In this document: piece by piece, positions 13,125 to 22,718 of the stretch
Layout of the letters: each line of letters opens with the position of its first letter
Position numbering within the stretch: position 1 is the stretch's first letter
Source of the DNA: Nemertoderma westbladi
Lineage: Eukaryota; Animalia; Xenacoelomorpha
Length of the DNA stretch: 64,000 bases
Direction: 5' to 3'
NCBI GenBank assembly: GCA_032718475.1
Contig: JAUCBJ010001978.1
Location: 1 to 64,000 of the forward strand
Notes under the pieces: generated by a model
The model's database searches: none
The model's input: the letters and a program-made list of their open reading frames with translations, nothing else
What the model was told of the DNA's origin: nothing
Program-made: the position numbers and the translations under genes

Positions 13125-13190
13125 GTCTAAATTCACGACAGTCTAAATTCTAGGCCTGCCGAACTGTAGCTGACAGCCACCAAAGACAAG

Positions 13191-14477
13191 ATGAGTAGAG
13201 GAGGAGAAACTACACCGCCGCGGACCCCGGACGACGATCTAACGATCCGCGAGGCCACGGCGAGACGATACGAACCCACGACGCCGGTCGATGATACGCC
13301 GACCACGTCGACGCAGGTTGACGCTACGTCGATAACGAGCAACACGGCGAACCAAGATGTGGGGGGTCGTCTACCAGGAGAGAGCGAGTCGAGTAGAGGA
13401 GACGAGTCGGGAGGAGAAGAGAAAGACGAGTCGACGCGGAGCGAGGGTCGACATACCGATGTCACCGGACAGCCACAGGCCGAGGACGACGGACGGTCCA
13501 CCGGAACGGCAACGGTGGGGCCGTCGGTACGACGTCGGACCCGGAGAGACAGAGGAGAGATCGGCGACGAGGACGTCGGGGTTTCTGATCGACTTCGACG
13601 GGCCTACAACGCGACCCGGGAACTACTAAAGGAGGCCAAGGAGGGGGCGAAGGTAGACGAGGTGAGACTGAGGAGACGACTAGGTGAGTCGAACAGGTAC
13701 CTTGATCACCTAGTGTGTTCTGGGCAGAGAGAACTAGCCGAGGAGAGGGCGTGGGGAGTTGCCTTCGGACTGTTTGAACTATGGGAATGTGGGGGTATGG
13801 AGCCTAGTGTAGTGTACATAGGGCCATACTTAGTCGATGCCCGGGGAGCAAAATTAGTGGGTTGGAAGAGACCTGAGGAGGGCGAATCCGAGGTTAAACC
13901 CAAGGATTCGGTCTCGTCGGTCGGAAGAAGTTCCGGGAAGCGGGGGAAAGTTGGTGGGACGGAGGGGCGACGGGAGTCCGTCGCAACCGATAAGTCTGCT
14001 ACATCCTCCGCAAAAGAAAGAAGGGTGCGAGAGAGTGAACGCGTGGCGTATAAATTAGAAAAGGCGGCGGCAGAGCGGAAACAGTTAGAGGGGCAAGAGA
14101 GAGAGCAAACCGCATTATTAGAGTTGGTAAGGGAGGATAGAGAGAGGGCCGAGGAGCATAGAGATTCCCGCAGCCTCCACTACATTTATACATGCCGGGA
14201 GAGGAGAATAGAGAGCGAGCCGGAGAGGCGGTCTGGGATGCTTGCGAGAGAGACGGCCGAGCGAGATTTCCGAGTGTGTAGAGAGATAGAGATAGAGGAA
14301 CAACGTACGCTGGATGGTTTGCTTGTCCGACTGGCACTGCTTGCGCAATATCGGGCCAAACTTAAACGGCGCCGACTAAAACTGGCGCGGTTGGAAATGT
14401 CAGAGAGTGAGCCCCCACTTACAAGCACCGGGCGAGAGAACCAGAACTGGTGTAGCCATACGGGCGGGGGGGGGTAG
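13191..14477 (+). CDS. Gag-like polyprotein, N-terminal segment (coiled-coil rich)
   Basis: 428-aa ATG ORF starting 66 bp after the LTR. The VKPKDSVSSVG motif followed by an E/R-rich coiled coil is typical of BEL/Pao Gag N-termini. Ends directly after a G9 run. Confidence 0.7.
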   Translation: MSRGGETTPPRTPDDDLTIREATARRYEPTTPVDDTPTTSTQVDATSITSNTANQDVGGRLPGESESSRGDESGGEEKDESTRSEGRHTDVTGQPQAEDDGRSTGTATVGPSVRRRTRRDRGEIGDEDVGVSDRLRRAYNATRELLKEAKEGAKVDEVRLRRRLGESNRYLDHLVCSGQRELAEERAWGVAFGLFELWECGGMEPSVVYIGPYLVDARGAKLVGWKRPEEGESEVKPKDSVSSVGRSSGKRGKVGGTEGRRESVATDKSATSSAKERRVRESERVAYKLEKAAAERKQLEGQEREQTALLELVREDRERAEEHRDSRSLHYIYTCRERRIESEPERRSGMLARETAERDFRVCREIEIEEQRTLDGLLVRLALLAQYRAKLKRRRLKLARLEMSESEPPLTSTGRENQNWCSHTGGGG

Positions 14478-15173
14478 TAGTAGTACGTCAGAAGTAGTTA
14501 ATATTAATAGTACCGTAGTAGATAACCCTAATCCCTTTATTACAGGAAATAATATTTTACCTGGTAGTAGTAATTTAAATTTAAATTCAAATAATAACAT
14601 TAATTCAAATATTCAGAATAATTCAAATAATACGAATAATAATTTAAATTTTGAAAATTCAAATAATTCTAATTTAAATAATTTAAATCTCGTTTCAAAT
14701 TCTAACAATTTAATTGATTTAACAAATAATATTGGGAATGGTGCTATTAATATGAGCGTGTCGGACGTACATAACTCAGCAGACGAGGGCCTGGTAGGCC
14801 ACGTAGTTAGTAGGCAGGAGGTGGCAGGGTTGAGCCAACCCGACGGCGGCCTGGTAGGCCACGTAGTTGGTAGGCAGGAGGTAGCGGGGTTGAGCCAACC
14901 CGAAGTGGGCCTGGTGGGCCACGCAGTAGTAGAGAGAGAGGCGGGGGTGAATAGACCCAGCCGTAGTAGAGACAGTGCGTCGACTAGAGAGGGGTGTAGA
15001 GACGAAGTAAGAGATAGTGAAGTTAGATGTGGCGAGTGGGGGGGGGGGGGGCTACGGGCGCCCCACCACATAAGATTAGTGGCGAGAGAGGGGGGGCAGA
15101 GAATGCCCCACAAGAGGGACGCAGAAGTGTAGTAAGAGATAGTGAAGTTAGAAGTGGCGGGTGGGGGGGGGGG
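14466..15173 (+). CDS. Gag-like polyprotein, middle segment (Asn-rich block, 20-aa and ~41-aa repeats), frameshifted at G runs
   Basis: Parts of ORFs 14407-15132 and 15027-15548. The duplicated peptide RDSEVRxGxWGGGATGxPPxxISxERGGAE is restored only if the frame changes at G14 (15038-15051) and G11 (15163-15173). Confidence 0.55.
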
Positions 15174-16927
15174 CTACGGGCACCCCACCGCGAGAGATTA
15201 GTAGAGAGAGAGGGGGGGCAGAGAGTGTCCCACAGCCGTCAGCGGATAATGCGCGGGCCGAATCAGGTAAACCGCAACACCCGGCGACGGAGAGTAATAG
15301 GGGGATTGCGAGTATCCCCAGCGGCGTGCGATCGAGCAGAGAGAGGCAGGTTGACGTCGCGAGAGGGCAGACGAAGCGTCGAGCCCGATCAGAAGAGGGA
15401 AGAAGAACAGTGGAGTTTAACCGGGAGGTCGACGAGAGACCTCACGAGCCGGAATACTACACAGAAAAGAGAAGAAGAGAAGATAGTAGAAGAAGTGTCG
15501 CCACGAACGATAGCAGTGCGAGGACGGATAACGGACCGTCGACAGTAGAGATGGAGTCAGGGAGCCAGTGGGGTCGAACTTCGGGAGATTGCCGTCGCCC
15601 CGGAGAAACGCACCGCACGCCAAGAGAGGGGTACAGGAGGTACCAATACAAAGTCGAGAACAGGAGAGGGGATCGAAGAGAAGCTTCCCGACGGGATATA
15701 GCTGCCGATCGAGAGTGCAGTAGTCGCGGGGAGATTCGAGATTCGCGAAGAATAAACTTCGGTTCGGAAGGGCACATGCAGACTGCAGGACATACTGTAG
15801 GCCTTACTGCACATACTATTATAGGCCATGCTGGGAGAGATAGAGTAGGCGATGGGGTAGCGCGAACGACGGGATTAAACCCGGAAGTCGCGGAGTACAT
15901 ACCGGTAGGTAGGCGAGAGGTAGGTAGGCCTATATCGGTACAGCAGCATGACTATAATACACAGGGACATAACATATATCCAGGGGAGGGGGGAGTTATT
16001 GGAGATAGACGTATGGGCCCCAATGTATTAACATCAACCCCAGTACCAAACATACCGGCCGGGGGGGGACAGGGTGACATTCCCCCATCACAATATCGAC
16101 AATATACCCCAATAGGAGCAAGAACATCGAACTCCCTGGACGAGAACAGGTCGTGCGGACAGTCACCACCACACGCGGCCGTACAGGGGACTGCTAGTCC
16201 ACAGTTAGTTGGTAGCAGGACCACACCGTGGCAGGGACAGAAAGAAAATAACACCAAAAATAAACACAATCCCAATATACCCAGTAGGCCGAGTCTAGAC
16301 AATCGAAACACTAAATCGGTACATATAAACCTAAGCGCGATACGTGAAGGACTATACAGGAAACGCTATAATCCAGGATTCCAATGTCAATTACATCGGG
16401 ACGGAACCCATAAGACCAGGAGTTGCAAGTACTGGCAAGCGTTGCCCAAACGAGATCGTGTAGCCTACACAGACGCAAACGGACTATGTCATCGATGTGT
16501 GGTAAAAGGACACAGATCCGGAGAGTGTTGGAAAGGGAGAGGATATGAAAGGACTAAACCAGGGGCAGAGAAGCCCATTAGCAAACATAAGGGAGTCGGG
16601 AAAGTAGAAGGAGGCGTGTTGCATACACACGCAGGACGGACACAGTGCGAGGGGGCATTGCACGGGCAGACACCGCGTATACCGAGGGACGAGCGGGGGT
16701 CGTCGAGGGCTCTAATGCCAGCGCACATACGAAGGGGGAGGCCAGCAAAGGTAGCACCGAAGAGAGTGTGGCGAAGAGTTAGAGGACGTATAGGAGGGCA
16801 GCAGGAGAGTGCCTACTGGAAGAAGGGGCACCTGAGAGTTTTTAGTCGTCCAAAGTTTTGGACTGAGGGGGGTGGGAATGAGGGCGAGACGCCCTTCCCA
16901 CGCACAAAATATAAAATAATTATTTAA
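15161..16927 (+). CDS. Gag-like polyprotein, C-terminal segment with zinc knuckles
   Basis: CQLHRDGTHKTRSC-KYWQALPKRDRVAYTDANGL-CHRCVVKGHRSGEC. The CX2CX4HX4C knuckle and the linker spacing resemble BEL/Pao nucleocapsid. Confidence 0.8.
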   Translation: MGGGATGTPPREISRERGGAESVPQPSADNARAESGKPQHPATESNRGIASIPSGVRSSRERQVDVARGQTKRRARSEEGRRTVEFNREVDERPHEPEYYTEKRRREDSRRSVATNDSSARTDNGPSTVEMESGSQWGRTSGDCRRPGETHRTPREGYRRYQYKVENRRGDRREASRRDIAADRECSSRGEIRDSRRINFGSEGHMQTAGHTVGLTAHTIIGHAGRDRVGDGVARTTGLNPEVAEYIPVGRREVGRPISVQQHDYNTQGHNIYPGEGGVIGDRRMGPNVLTSTPVPNIPAGGGQGDIPPSQYRQYTPIGARTSNSLDENRSCGQSPPHAAVQGTASPQLVGSRTTPWQGQKENNTKNKHNPNIPSRPSLDNRNTKSVHINLSAIREGLYRKRYNPGFQCQLHRDGTHKTRSCKYWQALPKRDRVAYTDANGLCHRCVVKGHRSGECWKGRGYERTKPGAEKPISKHKGVGKVEGGVLHTHAGRTQCEGALHGQTPRIPRDERGSSRALMPAHIRRGRPAKVAPKRVWRRVRGRIGGQQESAYWKKGHLRVFSRPKFWTEGGGNEGETPFPRTKYKIII

Positions 16928-16994
16928 TTAAAAATAATTAAATAATAGAGTAGGTAGAAGTTAGGTAGTTAGTTAGTTAGTTAGTTAGTTAAAG

Positions 16995-17720
16995 GGTGGT
17001 ACGTAGTACCGTTAGTAGAAGAGTTAGTAGGAGGGTACGTGTAGTACCGTTAGTAGAAGAGTTAGTAGGAGGGTACGTGTAGTACCGTTAGTAGAAGAGT
17101 TAGTAGGAGGGTACGTGTAGTACCGTTAGTAGAAGAGTTAGTAGGAGGGTACGTGTAGTACCGTTAGTAGAAGAGTTAGTAGGAGGGTACGTATAGTACC
17201 GTTAGTAGAAGAGTTAGTAGGAGGGTACGTGTAGTACCGTTAGTAGAAGAGTTAGTAGGAGGGTACGTGTAGTACCGTTAGTAGAAGAGTTAGTAGGAGT
17301 ACGTAGTACCGTTAGTAGTAGAGTTAGTAGGGTACGTAAGTACCGTTAGTAGAGAGTAGTAGAGGGTACGTAAGTACCGTTAGTAGAAGAGTTAGTAGGA
17401 GGGTACGTGTAGTACCGTTAGTAGAAGAGTTAGTAGGAGGGTACGTGTAGTACCGTTAGTAGAAGAGAGTTAGAGGGTACGTAAGTACCGCTAGAGTTAG
17501 GAGTTAGGGGTACGTAAGTACCGCTAGGTAGTTAGAGTGAGAGGGTACGTAAGTACCGCTAGTTAGAGTAAGAGTTAGAGGGTAGGTAGTACCAGTTAGG
17601 GAGTTGGAGTAGTAGAGGGTACGTAGTACCGCTAGTTAGAGTAAGAGTAAGAGGGTACGTAGTACCGCTAGCTAGTAGAGAGAGCTAGAGTAGTAAGAGG
17701 GTACGTAGTACCGCTAGTTA
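16995..17720 (+). repeat. 38-bp purine-rich tandem repeat inside the LTR element
   Basis: AGTACCGTTAGTAGAAGAGTTAGTAGGAGGGTACGTGT at 17005, 17043, 17081 and onward; degenerates after ~17460. Confidence 0.95.
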
Positions 17721-18700
17721 GGGGTGTTAGTAGTAGCAGTAGAGGGTTGTGGGCACCGTAAGCGCCACGTAGTTAGAGTTAGTAGGGAATGCGCTGAACT
17801 TAGTGGGGCACGGGCGTGATGATGTGTTTGATGTAAGAGCAGGGTATGTTAATTAGGGTGGGTGCCGGGCACAAGAGGTGCCGGGCACAAAAAGAGTTAG
17901 TAGTAGAGTTAGTTGAGTTAGTAGTAGAGTTAGTTGAGTTAGTAGAGAGTTAGTAGAGTTAGAAGGTGCCGGGCACAAGAGGTGCCGGGCACAAAAAGAG
18001 TTAGTAGAGTTAGAAGAGAGTTAGTAGAGTTAGTAGAGTCAGTAGTAGTTCACATAATTAACGTACCCACTCTGCCGGCACTCAGAGCGTCACGTGTAGG
18101 CGATGAGACGTAAAGGGGGTGTAGAGGAGTACAGACGGGCACATAGGCTGCCAGGTAGAGTAGAAGAGTAGAGAGGGGCACATAGGGTGCCAGGTAGTAG
18201 AGTTAGAGAGGTAGTAGTGTAGTAGAGAGGGCACATAGGGTGCCAGGTAGTAGAGTTAGAGAGGTAGTAGTGTAGTAGAGAGGGCACATAGGGTGCCAGG
18301 TAGTAGAGTAGAGCAGAGAGGGCACATAGGGTGCCATATAGTAGAGTGGTTGTGGGCACCGCAAGCGCCACGTAGATAGAAGAGTGGAGTAGAGTTAGCA
18401 GAGCTAGTGGAGTAGAGTTAGTAGAGCTAGTTAGCAGAGTTGGTAGACTCAGAGGAGTCAAGTAGAGTTAGTAGAAGTAGAAAGTTAGTAGGAGTTAGTT
18501 AGACTTAGTAGAGAGTTAGAGTCAGTAGAAAGTTAGAGGCTCTCAGTTAGAGCTAGAAGTAGTAAGAGTTAGTAGTTAGCAGAGTTAGTTAGATAGTTAG
18601 AGTTAGTAAGCAGTAGGTAGATAGTATGATAGCACAGGGGTAGCATTAGAGATTAAAGCCTTAGGGAGTGACAGAGAGTAGAGAGTAATAGTGCGGAGTG
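17721..18700 (+). repeat. C-depleted (GTTAG/GTAGA) low-complexity tract with repeated GC hairpin islands
   Basis: GGTGCCGGGCACAAGAGGTGCCGGGCAC occurs twice. GGCACATAGGGTGCC occurs ~5 times. GTTGTGGGCACCG(T/C)AAGCGCCACGTAG occurs twice. Confidence 0.85.
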
Positions 18701-19014
18701 CGAAGAGAGCGTGGGCGCAATTCAAGTGTGGGGGAGGAGAAGTGAGAGGAAGAGTGTGGGACGAGGAGGTCCGGGGGTATGCGAGAGTTGGAGTAGAGTG
18801 GTGAGAGTGTTGGGGAAACAAAAATTGTGTGAGAGAAGCGCACGATCGGCCCGACACGAGACGCCAGAGGGTAGTGACATCATACCCATAGGGAGCGGCC
18901 TGGAAAGCCGACTCCGAAAAAATATACCCACCCCACACCCGATAATAGATCGGGATCCAGCGGAATTGTAGCGCACTTGAGTTGGATGCTATCTTCTCAC
19001 CGGGAAGATAGCAT

Positions 19015-19023
19015 GGGGGGGAG
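19015..19023 (+). other. Polypurine tract
   Basis: GGGGGGGAG immediately before the TG of the 3' LTR. Confidence 0.85.
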
Positions 19024-19572
19024 TGTTAGCTTATCCAATTCCGCTAACACAAACCCATAGAGTGAGCCATAAAGCAATATTGGGAGCACGAGGTTGATTA
19101 CCAATCAACCTCGTGTCAGCCCAGTAAACGGGGACAATAGGCCCCAAAGGAGACACACACAATAGGGGTCAGGGGCCAAACCCCTAACCCGAGAGAGAAC
19201 ACAGGGAGTGAAGGGAAACACTCCAAAGGGTGCCAACAGGGGATATCAACCAATCAGAGGGGGGAAAGGCATCGATTGAGTAGCAATAAGGCCACCGTGC
19301 AATATATTACCGGTCGTGCTATCCATTCACTTCAGTTTACTCAGTCTGTCACTACAGTCACGGTAGTACGGTGACAATTTAGACCATCACCGCCGTCACC
19401 AATCACATATCATTCAGTATACCGGTTAACTGTGCTATCTACTATCACTCTGTATTATATATATATCAGTCCATAATAACGACACTGGAACAACAACTCT
19501 TTTCATTCACACGGCGGGGACGCGTACATAAGCGACACCGGATAAACCGGGATCCTCTCGGATCCCGTCACA
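19024..19572 (+). repeat. 3' LTR (549 bp)
   Basis: Near-identical to 12570-13124. Confidence 0.97.
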
Positions 19573-21924
19573 TTATAATAACGAAGTTTTGGTAGTTTTT
19601 CTTATATTAGTTTCAGATAAGTCTTTTGGTCTCCCCAAAAATACATCGCAGACCAAATTTATGAATTTTTACCGTAAATACAGAAACAATTTTTATTTCA
19701 TGTTTCTTGTGAAAAGAATAAACATGGTGGAAGGTACAATATATTTTTAAATTTTTAATTGAATTACTCAATTATCCTAACTAACATTGTGACTTTTAAC
19801 AAACATGCATCAAACTAGGCCTATACCATTTGAATTAGCAACAATTATAGTTTCGCAATCGAAAAAATAACAAATATTAATAATTTATATAAATGATATT
19901 ATATTTAACTTAATTATATTTTATTGAAAAAACTTTATCGCATTTCTTTGACCGTAGACCGCGGTTAATATGGGTGTGTAGAAGTATCACAGAATTCATG
20001 AGTCATCATAGATTAAACAATTAAAATTGCGATAAGACAGCAAAACATTTGGTTTTAATAAAAGCCCTTTGAACACTTGGCCATAAGAAAGGTAATTAAC
20101 AATGCAATAAATAGCTGTAACAGTGTACTGTACCATTTGTGATTTCCCACATGTTTAAAAGGTAGAATTCCCCTGACACAAATCAACATCATTGGATATT
20201 CCCCCATGGTATAAGTGTCTCTACAATGCTCCATGTGTTATGCATATTTAATTGAAATTGGTTAGTGGCAGTTCCTGTTTGCATATTGTAAGCTATTTCC
20301 TTAGAAAGGTTTCACTCACACATATCAGAATGGAGTTAGTGCTGTAAAGACATATGTAGTACTGAAGGTAAGACGTGTTGTGTGTTAGAAGGTCAAGGTA
20401 TATCCGGTGGCTGTGGTATTCAAATAAAATAAACCAACTAACAGAATACGCATACAGGGAAAATGGACTTAACTGCTTCCCGCACAAAACACACACAACG
20501 TGGAAGTTGGGAAAGATAATATGAGATTAAACACGCCGGTGTGTGCAAAATGTACCTAAAATATTTGTTGTGCACGGGTTGGTGTACCACCAACCCGTTT
20601 GCACCCGATGTGTAAGAGGCGGGGATTACAACACGAATGTGTTTAATCCACTTGAGTGGAATTAAGAGAAACGGAGATGAGTGTAATATAATCCTATTAT
20701 GTTAAAATTAAAATTTTTCCTTCTAAAACCATAACAATAACTATTTACACCAATTTGTTAAAAGTAGCACGTTTCAGCGTAAAGACCCGAGTAAATTGAT
20801 GTACCGAGCGAGCGCAGAGAGGTCTTTCATATTACATTTCCGAGTAGTGCCCTTTTCGTAGAATTATGTATGTAATTTTGGTTCATTATGTAAACTTATA
20901 ATACTTATTAAGCCTAATAATAGGTTCGATCCCCGAATGCGGGCCAGGTTGGTTTTTGGCACGAGCTTTGAAGGGTGCATCTCTGCCTTGCAACCTTAAA
21001 TTGTCTCTCATTAACGAGCACTATTTTTCTCTGGGGGAGTACGTATGCACTTATGAACTTAACATCATGGCATAAGCGAGTATAATGAAGTAAGCAAAAC
21101 ATGTTTTTCTGTGAGGAGCAGGCACTAGGTGTATTTTTCGACCTTGTGTAAGAATTTGGCTCATTATATTTTATCGAATAGGCCTAAGCCTTAAATAAGT
21201 CGTGTATGATTTTCGTAGACATATGAATAGTAAAAAATAAATTAACCCTTCTGACTGATCAATTACATTATTATAATTATGTTACAACCTATTACGTATT
21301 CATGGCAGGACGTTATATTTCACACATCAGTTAAACACACATCTTAATCGTTATTTTTTAAATTACAAGTAGCAGAATTTGAAGAGGATGGAGAGTGATT
21401 ACCTACTGAACGAACCTACACTGACACACTGCACAGGGAATAATTAAGTTTCTAACTAATTCCCAATGTCCTTGACAAGTTCTCGAGACAGCAACCTTGG
21501 CACACCATTGAGCAAGAGGAAGAATGCAAATAGGAAACATATAATTTTAACCGTGAATTTAATGAGTCATCTCTTAAAAACAAGGTTGTGTAACATGAAC
21601 AGTAGTAACACGAACAGACCGGTCTGGTAGTAATTATTATTCGATGTTTGGGTAAATTAATGTTTTCATATTAATATAATTGTCGTTAGGGTTAGGCACA
21701 GCTGGCCGGAACTCACCGGTGCGTGAGCGGTAAACTGTTGCGGTAACTGGTCGTCTTTGTGTTAGTTCACAGTTACTTCAACAGTCTATAGCTATAGACA
21801 AGCACTATATTAACATTATTTCAATGGGCTGAGGTAAACCGCGCGGAGTATCTCACAACTACATGTTGGGTCCTTCACAGTCAACAGTAATCAAAAAATT
21901 AATTTACCACTCAGACACAGCAGG

Positions 21925-22718
21925 CTTAAAGCTGGCACGCAGCAAACATGGCCCCCGAGAAAGCTTCCCCCGCGTCCAATCTTCGCCCTCAAAATGAGCA
22001 ACTATCGCCTCGCGGAAACCTTCGCCCGCAGGCATCCTTCACCTAATAAACAATTATTATTTTGGTTAGAAAAAGCCCTCTCAGTAACCTGTTCCTTTCC
22101 CTCAATTAGTAACACCATCGTTTATTGATTTGATTAGAAAAAGCCGTTTCAGTAACCTGCTCCTTTCCCTCAATTTGTAACTAAAATGGTTACTAACACA
22201 AATCTAATTGGGCGAAGATTGCCTTGCGGGCGAAGGTTGTACGCGGGCGAAGATTGCACCCAACCCTTAAAGCTGGGTCGTTCACACCCAATGGTGTACC
22301 CCTGACCCTGCAGGGTTGGGTACAATCTTCGCCCGCGTCCAACCTTCGCCCGGGGAACCTTCGTCCGCAAGGCAATCTTTGCCCGCGAGCATCCTTCACC
22401 CAATAAGATTTGTATTAGTAACCATTTTAGTTACAAACTGAGGGAAAGGAGCACGTTACAGAGACGGGTTTTTCAAACCAAAACAATAAACGATGTTGTT
22501 ACCAATTGATGGATAGGAGCAGGTTACAGTAACGGCTTTTTCTAACCAAAACAATATTGATTAGTGGGCGAAGGTTGCTCGCGGGTGAAAATAGCCTGCG
22601 GGCGAAGGTTTCAGCCGGGAGTTAGTTGCTCATTTTGAGGTCGAAGATTGCACCGGGCGAAGATTGGACGCGGGCGAATCTTTATCACGGGCGATGTTTG
22701 CTGCGTACAGCCCTGCAG
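21925..22718. mobile_element. ~790-bp imperfect palindrome: a foldback/MITE, or two inverted copies of one element
   Basis: ACGCAGCAAACAT (21937) pairs with ATGTTTGCTGCGT (ending 22706). The arms pair inward to CCCAACCC/GGGTTGGG around a ~45-bp spacer. Many CTTCGCCC/GGGCGAAG sub-repeats. Confidence 0.85.

Larger units (their letters stand above)
12570..19572 (+). mobile_element. Complete non-autonomous LTR retrotransposon, BEL/Pao-like, gag-only
   Basis: Two TG..CA LTRs. 5-bp TSD TTATA at 12565-12569 and 19573-19577. PPT before the 3' LTR. Gag-like zinc knuckles. No protease, RT, RNase H or integrase motifs seen. Confidence 0.93.

Noticed and set aside
13133-16728. Antisense ORFs within the LTR element
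   Set aside because: Shadows of the purine-rich sense ORF (S/L/P-rich) with no domains.
17005-17460. Common origin of the LTR-internal 38-bp repeat and 38-bp satellite 1 (both contain GTACCG)
   Set aside because: The remainder of the units does not align, so the shared period looks coincidental.
18711-18971. 86-aa ORF as an integrase or env remnant
   Set aside because: No DDE, GPY/F or transmembrane motif recognisable.
20922-20945. B-box-like GGTTCGATCCCC
   Set aside because: No upstream A box or cloverleaf.
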